Below, in pieces: positions 1 through 10,361 of a stretch of 64,000 nucleotides of DNA. The translations under genes and the position numbers were made by a program. Within the stretch, counting starts at the first letter, position 1, and every line of letters starts with the position of its first letter. Origin of the DNA: Eledone cirrhosa (Eukaryota); assembly GCA_964016885.1 (NCBI GenBank), contig OZ024743.1, positions 21,266,001 through 21,330,000 of the forward strand, written 5' to 3'. The notes below the pieces were generated by a model. It searched no databases and was not told the origin of the DNA. It saw nothing but the letters and a program-made list of their open reading frames with translations.

Positions 1-69
<69 letters not shown>

Positions 70-72
<3 letters not shown>

Positions 73-530
73 TAATAAAACAATGAATAAAAACAGTTAT
101 ATTTAATTTGTTGGGATTCCAACAAACTTAAAAGTTTATAACTGATATAGAGCACTCAAAAGTTTACTGGAGTAAATATTCAATATATTAATAAATGGAA
201 ACTATATTTATAAAACCGTAATTATTTTATTATATATATTTCAAGGGCCACCAAGCCAATCTTGGTGCGCTTTCATCAGATAAAATACAAACTTTGTTTT
301 ATAAATAGTGACATAACCATGGAAAACAACCTTGACGTTTGAAAATTCGCTGAATAGCGAAATTTCAACCGTCAAGGTTGTTATTTTATCTGATGTAATT
401 GTATTTTATAAAACAAATTTTGTATTTTATCTGATGAAAGCGCACCAAGATTGGCTTGGTCGCCCTTGAAATATATATAATAAAATAATTATGATTTTAT
501 AAATGTAGTTTCCATTTATTAATATATTGT
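70..530. mobile_element. (TA)n-flanked fold-back element, family A, with a hammerhead motif on each arm
   Basis: About 181-350 is the reverse complement of about 357-530; follows a (TA)n tract; second diverged copy at 45268-45712. Confidence 0.8.
424..486 (+). ncRNA. Type I hammerhead ribozyme motif (family A)
   Basis: attttat-CTGATGA-aagcgcaccaag(attgg)cttggtcgccctt-GAAA-tatata-TA-ataaaat; stem I attttat/ataaaat, palindromic stem III; mirror copy on minus strand 224-286. Confidence 0.7.
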
Positions 531-1404
531 ATATGGCCCTTAAAGCGATGAAATGCCTGGGACGGTTGGAGGGTCACTGATGAAGGACTCATTTTTTCAT
601 ATGCCCCACCATTTGCAACGGGCAGCCATCATTATTATCATATTTACACATAATTTTTCTTCTGCTGCTATACGTCCGTTTCGTCCTTTGTACCTTTACC
701 CTTTCTCGTTCTTTGTACCTTTTACCCTTTCTAGCAGTCTCTCTCTCTGTTAGCCTCCTCCTCAACTTTCACTCACTCATTCTCTGTCACTACCTCTCCT
801 CCTCCTCTTTCCTCCTCCTCCTTCAAGTTTGACCTGTGTGAAATTCTTTTCTCGCGCGTCCTGGTCAAGCTGGTGTGGAATTTTTTTTCTCTCTCTCTTT
901 CGTCTGCGACTTCACAAAACTTATGTTTACCGAATTCGTAGACCAGACCCCTTCTTCTTCTTCTTCTTCTTCTTCTTCTTCTTCTTCTTCTTCTTCTTCT
1001 TCTTCTTCTTCTTCTTCTTCTTCTTCTTCTTCTTCTTCTTCTTCTTCTTCTTCTTCTTCCCCCCGTTAGACTTGTGCGAAATTCCTTCCTTTCTCACATT
1101 TCAACCAGGTTTGATGGTCTTTTGTCTCTTGTTCACGATTTCACCGAGTTTATATTCATAGAGATCTGGGACTTGTCTATTTTTTTCTCACTTTCCGTTG
1201 CTTAAACCATTTTGTTTGTTACCCTAACGTCCCCTTTATTTACGTGTCCCAACGACTTTTTTTTAGCCGTTGTTCGCACCAACCTGAGGCATATGGCCCT
1301 TAAAACGATGAAATGCCTGGGACGGTTGGAGGGTCACTGATGAAGGACTCACTTTTTCATATGCCCCACCATTTGCAACGGGCAGCCATCATTATTATCA
1401 TATT

Positions 1405-1410
<6 letters not shown>
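531..1410 (+). mobile_element. Family B non-coding element with about 120 bp terminal direct repeat (period 760 bp), ending in (TA)n
   Basis: 531-650 repeated at 1291-1410; related copies at about 10360-10570, 28258-28590, 33735-34350 and 63226-63730. Confidence 0.7.
951..1059. repeat. (CTT)n microsatellite
   Basis: Perfect trinucleotide run; explains the poly-F and poly-S ORFs. Confidence 0.98.
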
Positions 1411-1439
<29 letters not shown>

Positions 1440-1527
1440 CTTTGATAACTTTGATACGTTTCGGCCAGTATTGGCCCAGGCCATGTCTAACTTAATAGAA
1501 CCATATATATATATATATATATATATA

Positions 1528-2058
1528 AAGAAAAAGAGATGAAATTGAAAATGCAACTGGAGTCTTATTTTTTTATAAAATATATATATTTATTTGGTTC
1601 CTTTACCGGTTTCGCAGTTCTTCTGCTTTTCAAAAGGTGAGTTGAGATGGAGGGTCTGTGGTTTTTCTCACATCTGGTTGGTCTCTGAATGTTACTTGTT
1701 TTATATGGAAAAAGTGGCTCGAAATGCCAGGTTTTTCGAGAAGTAATTTGATTGGTTTGTCAATAATTATAATAAATTTCGCGCCAGTTCGCGTTACAAT
1801 AGTTCTTCAAATAAGAGAGGGGGTTGTCACAGGTTGTTTTTTCATATATGAGTGTTTGAATTTCTTTTTACTTGAAAAAAGGAGGCTCACCTTTTGAAAA
1901 GCAGAAGAACTGCGAAACCGGTAAAGGAGCCAAATAAATATATATATTTTATAAAAAAATAAGACTCCAGTTGCATTTTCGATTTCATCTCTCTTTCTTT
2001 ATACTTTCACTCGTGTAGGACACCTCGGTTATTTTTCATTTTGTAAAAAAAACCTCAC

Positions 2059-2065
<7 letters not shown>
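1528..2065. mobile_element. (TA)n-embedded element, family C, with about 115 bp inverted arms and hammerhead-like motif
   Basis: 1528-1641 is the reverse complement of 1886-2000; cctt-TTGAAAA-gcag(aagaa)ctgc-GAAA-ccgg-TA-aagg at 1890-1927; related copy at about 30790-30990. Confidence 0.7.
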
Positions 2066-2092
<27 letters not shown>

Positions 2093-2096
<4 letters not shown>

Positions 2097-2741
2097 AAGA
2101 ATTTATATCTAGTAACACATATATACATACAAATGCATATCGATGCTAGCAAATATATAGGTTTTGTCTTAATAACATTGTGGTTCAATGCATGGGGTTG
2201 CAGAACAATAATATAAGAGACGTAAGATAAGAAAATTATAAAATTAACTTACTTACTAAAATATCACTTCCGACTAATTAGTTTCTGGAATGGAGTAGAT
2301 ACATCTTCCGAAGAAGGTGTTGAGAAACATCCCGTCATCAGGAAAGTCTATTCTCATATAAGTTTCCAGGCAAAGCGAGGACTCTGGAAGCTTATTATAA
2401 CATAAATCAGTGAATAGGAAATAGCAAAGCGTGGACTTACTTCCTAGCCATTGAGAAAATCACTGCCTCTGTGTCTGTGGCAAATTCAAAAAGAATCGAA
2501 CACGTGACATCGAGGTCAATCGGTGAAAAGTGGGTTGTTAATAAGACAGCGGCCAGCCTACTACCGTAGCAGCAGTCATGGCCAGTATTGCTCGACAAAT
2601 ATTTTGGAGATAATAAAGAATTTATATCTAGTAACACATATATACATACAAATGCATATGTTTCTCTACACCTTCTTCGGAAGATGTATCTACTCCATTC
2701 CAGAAACTAATTAGTCGGAAGTGATATTTTAGTAAGTAAGT
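2093..2741 (-). mobile_element. (TA)n-flanked element, family D, with direct repeat plus inverted tail
   Basis: 2093-2140 repeated at 2611-2659; 2248-2320 inverted at 2668-2741; hammerhead motif on the minus strand. Confidence 0.7.
2267..2346 (-). ncRNA. Type I hammerhead ribozyme motif (family D)
   Basis: Minus strand reads ctttc-CTGATGA-cgggatg...cattcca-GAAA-ctaattag-TC-ggaag; GUC triplet, 8-nt palindromic stem III. Confidence 0.75.
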
Positions 2742-2792
2742 GGGTGTTTTGATAGAGATGCCTACTGACTGTAGTAGGTTTTTACTTTGTAT

Positions 2793-5700
2793 TTAGGTAA
2801 GGCGGGTCTTCTCTATTACTGAGTACCGCCAAAGGTCTCGGTCCAGTGACATTGTCTTGGAGAGGTGTAAGCGTGTGAGGTCGGAATTTATCAGCTCGTC
2901 CCATGTTTTTCTGGGTCTGCCTACTCCGTGGCTACCGTCTATCTTTATTGCCCTGCACTTTGTTATACAGCTGTCCTCTTTCATGCGCATCACGTGACCG
3001 TACCAACGCAGCCTTCTCTCGAGTAAACAACATCTGATCCCTCTTATTTCTAATTGTTTCCTTAGTTCGTTTATGCTTTGCCGTTCACGTATATTACTAT
3101 TGCACATCCAGCGGAGCATGCAAGCTTCGTTCCTCTCGAGTCTGCGTATATCCTCTTCACACAATGCCCAGGTCTCACTGCCATGCAGCATTGCTGTTCG
3201 TATGCAGGCATCGTATAACCTGCCTTTCATTTTTAGGGAGAACCCTCTAGCGGCTAATAGTGGTATAAGCTCTCTGAACTTTTTCCATCCAGTTCTGACT
3301 CTAGCTACTGTACTTTCAGAGCACTCTCCCCCACTGCTGATTTTGTCACCCAGGTAACGGAAGCTGTCCACTATTTCTATAGAACCCTCTGCGCAGTTGA
3401 AGGAGCTAGTATTTTGTGGGCACTTGCTGCTACTTATTGCACCAGAGCACCGGCCACATGTAAAATCTATGTTCTTAGTTAGCTTACCTGTGATCCCACT
3501 ACATCTTTTATGCACCCATACTTTGCATTTGGGACATAAAATGGAGTTTCTACCTACGCCTTTCCTACACACTGAGCATGGCCATTTCCCAGATGGGACT
3601 GCCGCCTTATTTTCTTTCCTACAAACTAGAACTTTAGTCTTAGCCAGGTTAATTTTAAGGCCTTTTGATTCTAGGCCGTGCTTCCATGTTTGGAATTTCT
3701 TCTCTAGTTCGGTCATTGATTCAGCTATGAGCGTTAGATCATCTGCGTATAGGAGTTCCCATGGGCAGCCGGTCTTGAACTCCTCTGTTATAGCCTGAAG
3801 GGCAATAATAAATAGTAGGGGGCTAAGAACAGAGCCCTGATGGACACCAACTTTTACGCTAAACTCTTCACTATATTCGTTGTTAATTCTAACCTTACTG
3901 ACTGTTTCTTTATACATGGCTTGTATAGCTCTCACAAGCCATTCATCAACAACTAGTTTTCTAAGACCCCACCAGATAATGGAACGGGGGACTCTGTCGA
4001 AGGCTTTCTCCAAGTCGACAAAAGCTAAGTATAGGGGTTTACTTTTAGCTAGGTACTTCTCCTGTAGTTGTCGTACAATGAAAAGAGCGTCTGTGGTACT
4101 TTTGCCTGACACAAATCCGAACTGCATTTCATCTAGATCAATTCTCTCTCTGATTAGTTGCGCTATTACTTTTTCCGTGACCTTCATGACCTGGTCGATT
4201 AATTTAATGCCTCTATAGTTACTCCTATCTAGGGCATCTCCTTTTCCCTTATAGTAGTTAACGATGATGCTGCTACGCCAGTCCTTCGGAACAACCCCAT
4301 TCTGTACGACTTGCTTAACTATCCGGGTGACCATGGCGTGTCCCACCGAACCAGATGCCTTCAGCATCTCAGCAACTATTTCCGAAGGACCAGCCGCCTT
4401 ACCCGTCTTCATATCTTTGATTGCCTTGCTTATTGTACTACCCTGGACTAACACTGCTGGTCCTTCTATTGGGTCGATGTGGGGGAGACTGTCTTTCTCC
4501 CATTTGTTCTCCTCATTTAGAAGCCTTTCGTAGTGACACTTCCAAGCTACCTTCTTATCAGCGTCGGTGATGGCAAGTATGCCATCATCGTTAAGTACAC
4601 ACTTCTCCCCGACAATATCACGGTTTTCCTTGACACATTGCCTGGCAATCCTGAACACCTCACGTTTTTGGTCCTCACGTTGTAGAACATGCTTGAACTT
4701 TCTTTCCTCTGCTTCCCTTCTTGCGAAGTACACTTGTCTCCTAGCTTCCCTCCTGGCCACCTGATAGTCTTCTCTACTTCCCCCATCCCGCCATGCTTTC
4801 CAAGCCTGCTTTTTGGCCTTAATTGACTCCTCCACCTTACTGTTCCACCACCATGTTACTCTCCTCCTACCTACAGGCCTGCTCCAGCCACAGACTTCGT
4901 CTGCCGCCGTCAGCAGGTTTGCTCTCAGGAATTCCCACTGTTCCTCTATATTATACGACTCTAATTGCTCTTCCTTACTGTCGAAAGCGTCAAGTAATAT
5001 GCTTTGAAATTTATTTCTGGCTATGGGGTCCTTTAGCTTCCATATTTTTCTCCTGGGGATAGTCCTCTTCCGCTGTCTAGTACGTCTCGTCCTGATTATG
5101 AGGTCGCTAATTATGAGTCTATGTTGGGAGGTGAATTCTTCATGGGGGAGGGATTTAGTGTTAACAACAGACACTCTGTCACGTCTTCTGGTAAGGATAT
5201 AATCTACCTGGCTTGTGTGTTCCCCCGATCTATAGGTGATCAAGTGATTGTCTCGTTTTTTGAAGTTAGTGTTACAGATAGTTAAGTTATTTGCGTCGCA
5301 GAATTCCAGGATTCTGGAGCCTTCCTCATTTCTAGTACCGAACCCATAGCCTCCATGGATTCCGTCATAGCCGTCACAATGTTGTCCAACGTGACCATTT
5401 AGGTCGCCTGCAATAACTATATAGTCACTGTCGGTTATTTGGGAGGTAGCGAGCATCAGTGTCTCGTAGAATCTGTCTTTTATAGCACCGGGCAGTCCGG
5501 ATTGTGGTGCGTACGCAGATATTACTGTCACCGTAGTTTTATTGAGGACAAGTCTTATTTTAATTATTCTGTCGTTCACTCTATTTACGTCTATTATCTT
5601 ATCTGCCCACTTTTCTGCTACCATGATTCCTACCCCACCCAACCCATTGTCATTTCCCACCCAGAAAAGCTTATAGCATCGTTCTTTACCCACGATGAAT

Positions 5701-5816
5701 CTAGCCGACCCTCCCCTCCACCTGGTCTCTTGAATACAACAAACATCGACCTCCTTACGTTCAAGCATTTCTACAACCTCGTTAGAGCGACCCTTTAAGG
5801 TGCCTACTACATTCAT
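2793..5816 (-). CDS. RTE LINE polyprotein: APE endonuclease, reverse transcriptase and PHD-like Cys/His insertion
   Basis: 1007 aa uninterrupted; QETRW, SAYAPQ, GDLNGHVG, DYIL, NYRGIKL, QFGF, FVDLEKAFD, GVHQGSVLSP, LLYADD, FRYLG, RLRWYGHV, GRPRKTW; the frame stays open upstream of the listed Met (NFRVGTMNV). Confidence 0.95.
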   Translation of the reverse strand: MNVVGTLKGRSNEVVEMLERKEVDVCCIQETRWRGGSARFIVGKERCYKLFWVGNDNGLGGVGIMVAEKWADKIIDVNRVNDRIIKIRLVLNKTTVTVISAYAPQSGLPGAIKDRFYETLMLATSQITDSDYIVIAGDLNGHVGQHCDGYDGIHGGYGFGTRNEEGSRILEFCDANNLTICNTNFKKRDNHLITYRSGEHTSQVDYILTRRRDRVSVVNTKSLPHEEFTSQHRLIISDLIIRTRRTRQRKRTIPRRKIWKLKDPIARNKFQSILLDAFDSKEEQLESYNIEEQWEFLRANLLTAADEVCGWSRPVGRRRVTWWWNSKVEESIKAKKQAWKAWRDGGSREDYQVARREARRQVYFARREAEERKFKHVLQREDQKREVFRIARQCVKENRDIVGEKCVLNDDGILAITDADKKVAWKCHYERLLNEENKWEKDSLPHIDPIEGPAVLVQGSTISKAIKDMKTGKAAGPSEIVAEMLKASGSVGHAMVTRIVKQVVQNGVVPKDWRSSIIVNYYKGKGDALDRSNYRGIKLIDQVMKVTEKVIAQLIRERIDLDEMQFGFVSGKSTTDALFIVRQLQEKYLAKSKPLYLAFVDLEKAFDRVPRSIIWWGLRKLVVDEWLVRAIQAMYKETVSKVRINNEYSEEFSVKVGVHQGSVLSPLLFIIALQAITEEFKTGCPWELLYADDLTLIAESMTELEKKFQTWKHGLESKGLKINLAKTKVLVCRKENKAAVPSGKWPCSVCRKGVGRNSILCPKCKVWVHKRCSGITGKLTKNIDFTCGRCSGAISSSKCPQNTSSFNCAEGSIEIVDSFRYLGDKISSGGECSESTVARVRTGWKKFRELIPLLAARGFSLKMKGRLYDACIRTAMLHGSETWALCEEDIRRLERNEACMLRWMCNSNIRERQSINELRKQLEIRGIRCCLLERRLRWYGHVMRMKEDSCITKCRAIKIDGSHGVGRPRKTWDELINSDLTRLHLSKTMSLDRDLWRYSVIEKTRLT

Positions 5817-6129
5817 GGTACCAACTCTGAAGTTTTGGATTGCGTTTGGAGGGTGGGAGCGGTGGGGCGCGGGGGGGGGGTTATGTTAGCCATCCTGGGC
5901 CGAAACAAGGCGGAGTGCTTGCATTCTCGTCCACGAGGTGAATTTGTCTTTATCTTTGGCATTGTCGCTGAGCGTCCACATTTTTCTCTCTTCAACTCTC
6001 CAGAATTCCGTAGTCCATCCATCATATCGAAAAGCAACCAGTTAAGCGATAGTATGGGCCTCTGACTTATGATTGGTCCACGTAATAATGGTGGTGCGTG
6101 GGGGTGGGTGGGAGGGATGATGGGTTGTT

Positions 6130-6869
6130 AGCGAGAATGTAAGGTTTAAGATAAGATCGCCGTATTTTGGGCATAATTTAACAATAAACGAAAATACAAG
6201 ATTTGTTTTGTTTAAGAAAATACGATAGAGAAAATGCGGTGATAGGGAAAATATGATTTTTAGAGAAAAAATATGATATAGAATGGTGAAAATATGATAT
6301 AGTGTGAAATTAGGACATAGAATAGTGATTGAATGAATGGATTCGAATGGAGAGAAGAATCGAGAAAAATATTTGAACGTTACTTTATACCGCAGGAACA
6401 GCCATCCCAGAAATAGCGAGTTGGCGATTGTGATTAATTTTGGTAGGGTTTATCTTATATGTATAGAGAGGGATGGGGGGGGGCAGGAACCAGCATGATG
6501 TATGGGTAGGGGGTAGAAGATGGGATGGAGCAGAGGTTAAGAGTTTAAATAGGTACGAGAAGTTTTGCGTAGAACTTAGCAAGTTTAACAAAATATATTT
6601 AAAGGAATATATAATAGTGATTTGTTTTTGTTATGAAAATACGACAGAATATGAAAATATGACAGAATTAAGCGAGAATGTAAGGTTTAAGATAAGATCG
6701 CCGTATTTTGGGCATAATTTAACAATAAACGAAAATACAAGATTTGTTTTGTTTAAGAAAATACGATAGAGAAAATGCGGTGAGAGGGAAAATATGATTT
6801 TTAGAGAAAAAATATGATATAGAATGGTGAAAATATGATATAGTGTGAAATTAGGACATAGAATAGTGA
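6130..6869. repeat. About 200 bp near-identical direct repeat (6130-6329 and 6671-6869) upstream of the RTE ORF
   Basis: agcgagaatgtaagg...aatagtgat occurs twice, about 540 bp apart. Confidence 0.9.
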
Positions 6870-6870
6870 T

Positions 6871-7346
<476 letters not shown>

Positions 7347-7899
7347 TCTTGAAGTGAACCAGTGCATTGGTTCTTGAATTATTTACAGTAAAAACCATTA
7401 ATTCAGCTCAATATAGTTGTGTGTACCAGTTTGACTAGATGTTAGCCATCGTAAGTAATACTTACCGCTATATAGCCATCTGTCATAAAGGAAGGTCGAT
7501 TACTTAAACATGAACATAAAAGAAAAAGGAGAAAAGCTTTAAGCCATCTCTTTTGACAAACTCCTTTCACACTATCTACATAATACCTCCACATTTCCTC
7601 TAACCGCACAGTCACACATGCACACACACACACCTGTATGTGTATGTGTGAATATACGCATTTACCTATTCATATGTTAGTGACTGCGCATATGTATTTT
7701 CACACACTTCTAATTCAGATTTTGTTATTTTTGTCTTTTTTGTCCCCCTGATGCTGTTTCAACCTTGCAATACTGTTTATACAAATATGTATATCACATA
7801 AATCTTTCTTTAAACATGTTTATTAAACATCTCACTGTTTAAGAAGACCTCCCCATCTACAGTTCGCAGATCCTCCCACTTGTCATTCGTACCATGCTC

Positions 7900-8830
7900 A
7901 GGTACAGGCTTCGCCAACTCTAAATTCTGACGAGTAGACTGGACCTGATCGAAGCCCATCCGGCACTCTTCTTGTTAAGGAAATGTTCGCCATGCCAAAG
8001 CTTCTACATACTTTCCGCAGTGCCGCCTGCTACAAACACGTGTTTCTCCTCACAGACGTTGTCGCTTGTAGTCGACGGGCTGCTGAGAAACTATACAACG
8101 TTCGGTTTGGTTACACCGGATGGCAACAGGCCACCTTCCAGTAAGATAGGGTGGCCTCTATTTCCGGTATCCAGTCTCACTGGCCTTGCCTTCGTCGGTG
8201 ACCTTTTGATGTGTTCTCATCAATAAGGTTCTCCGCAACACAAGGGAATCTACTGTGATCGGGGAACGTGAGGCGGCTTACGCGACCTGGAACCAGATTA
8301 GCCGACGCCCTTCAGACGTTAATCTCCCCTAAAAACAAATGGGACGTCATCCTGTGCAACATGACCTCGAAGAGGTTGGTGCGCTGGCTTGACCAGTACC
8401 GTCTGGATTGTTGTAGTTCAGCTGGTGAGTGAAGCGAAATAGAACAGTCATTCCCAACTATTCGGTCGATTGGAGTCCAGGACTTTACAATTGAAGATGC
8501 AAGGGTATCAGCACCGGCACCAAGGCTGCTTTCGAGATCTTAAGGGATTTTCCGAATAACCTCGACCCAAGCATTTGGGTTTTGGATAGGCACACTCTCT
8601 TGTATAACGTTATGGGGGATGGCCGTAACTGCGCAGGCGAGGAGAGGAAGTGGTCATTATTACATCTTCACGTTGAGAGCACATTCTAGGATTGTCGTGT
8701 ATGGCCAACGCAAGATAAATGATGGAAATAGCCGCACCCTGAACAATTCTGGACTCTCTCCCGCATGTTAATGGTGGCGCATGTGCTGCAGGAGGTTACC
8801 TGTGAACACTGTTCGGCAGGTTAGGTATTG
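7900..8830. mobile_element. Decayed CRE-like non-LTR retrotransposon pieces in opposite orientations
   Basis: Plus strand, frameshifted: DLIEAHPALFLLR..PKLLHTFRS..ATLPVR*GGL..SLALPS; minus strand 8430-8830: CSGCGYFHHLSCVG and ADTLASSI..NSWE*LFYF; family recognised from memory only. Confidence 0.45.
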
Positions 8831-9550
8831 AAATTTATTTCGAGCTGTGGCACTGAGTAGCATCTTGAAAGTGGGGTTGTAATGCTTATGTAATAGTGGT
8901 TGCTGTGTTCCGAAAGCTAAGGATTTGGATCGTATGGAAATGTGTGTAATTTAAAGAAAAGGAGAAATAGATAGGGAGTGAGAGAAGGAGATAAAGAGAT
9001 TCAATACATGTACAATGGGGGAGAAATCAAATTACGATAAAAGAAAATACTTTAAAAAATTTACGTATTTACGTGGCTGTATTGCGCATATAAATTGATG
9101 TATTTACAAAGAAACAGGTTAAGTTTTGAAATTTGAAATGTATATGCTTTTATTGTGAGAAAGTTACCACATTTCCATTAATCCTAAAATAGACGAACAA
9201 GTTGCGTAAATTATCCTTGAGACGGGTAAAGGTGGACAACACATGCGGGAAACGAACTACGCATCTGCCGTATGACGGACAGCTTCGATAGCCACCATTA
9301 TATAAAAATGGCCTAGCCAACATTTCACCACCTAAATATAAGCATTCGTCGTTGACAAAATATGTAAATAAACAGATCTGTTAATGATGAATTTCTGAAT
9401 TTTTGAAAATTTGAAGTGTATTTGCTTTTATAGTGAACGACTGCCAAAATTAAACTTTTCAAAAGAAAAGCAAATAAATTTGACATATATTTGCTTTATA
9501 TGAACCATACGCACACAATGTATGTGATGTATGTAATATATATGTATGTA

Positions 9551-9653
<103 letters not shown>

Positions 9654-9760
9654 TGTGTGTGTGTGTCATGGCTAGTATGAATATCAATCCTTCACACGCT
9701 CAACACACATCTACTCTATATACGACATTGTTGTTCTTAGACCTAAATATATATATATAT

Positions 9761-10329
9761 ACACGGTTTACTGTGTTTCTTACTATATATTATTAATCGG
9801 CTCAGTATTTTTATACTTGGAGCTTAATAGTTACAGGGTTCCAATTGAGTTTTAACTCTAATTTTCATATATATTTCTGGTCCCTCACAAGTTGAGCTTA
9901 TTAAGTTGCGTGTGTTGGACTGTTATTTCTATTCAATACACGCTTACCACGTTTGACTAGCGGAGCACGAGGTGACAAATTCATCTTTCTGTGTGAACGT
10001 TGGCAAATAGTGTTTGTTGCATTTAATCTGATTCTCTCGCTGATGATGCCTAGGATTATCTGTTACAAACACACTCAGGGCGAAACAGATTAGGGATAAT
10101 CTGTCCGAGAGATATAATGGTTATTGAGGCGGTTTGTATAATAATATATTTTTATTTTATCATTCTGTCTGCTTCTTGGTTAAATATTTCAAACAAATGT
10201 GGTTTTTCAACCCTTGTAATTTTAGACACACGTTTTACTGTGTTTCTTACTATATATTATTAATCGGCTCAGTATTTTTATACTTGGAGCTTAATAATTA
10301 CAGGGTTCCAATTGAGTTTTAACTCTAAT

Positions 10330-10340
<11 letters not shown>
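9761..10340 (+). mobile_element. Retrozyme/pLTR-like element, family E: 468 bp unit plus 112 bp terminal redundancy in (TA)n
   Basis: 9761-9873 repeated at 10229-10340; TA tracts on both sides; internal hammerhead; no meaningful ORF. Confidence 0.8.
10034..10111 (+). ncRNA. Type I hammerhead ribozyme with full stem III
   Basis: ctctcg-CTGATGA-tgcct...agggc-GAAA-cagatta(ggga)taatctg-TC-cgagag; 6 bp stem I, 7 bp stem III, GUC triplet. Confidence 0.88.

Positions 10341-10361
<21 letters not shown>

Larger units (their letters stand above)
2742..6870 (-). mobile_element. RTE-clade LINE, near full length
   Basis: Single long ORF with APE endonuclease and RT, very short 3' UTR, and an upstream region with a 200 bp direct repeat; 5' boundary uncertain. 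Confidence 0.85.

Noticed and set aside
829-1161. Poly-Phe and poly-Ser ORFs
   Set aside because: Translation of the (CTT)n microsatellite
1066-1180. Apparent peptide similarity between family B copies, including an aligned TGA on the minus strand (selenocysteine idea)
   Set aside because: Substitutions show no third-position bias and similarity appears in several frames; explained by nucleotide homology
3073-5798. Plus-strand ORFs overlapping the RTE ORF
   Set aside because: Antisense shadows of a long coding frame with no independent motifs
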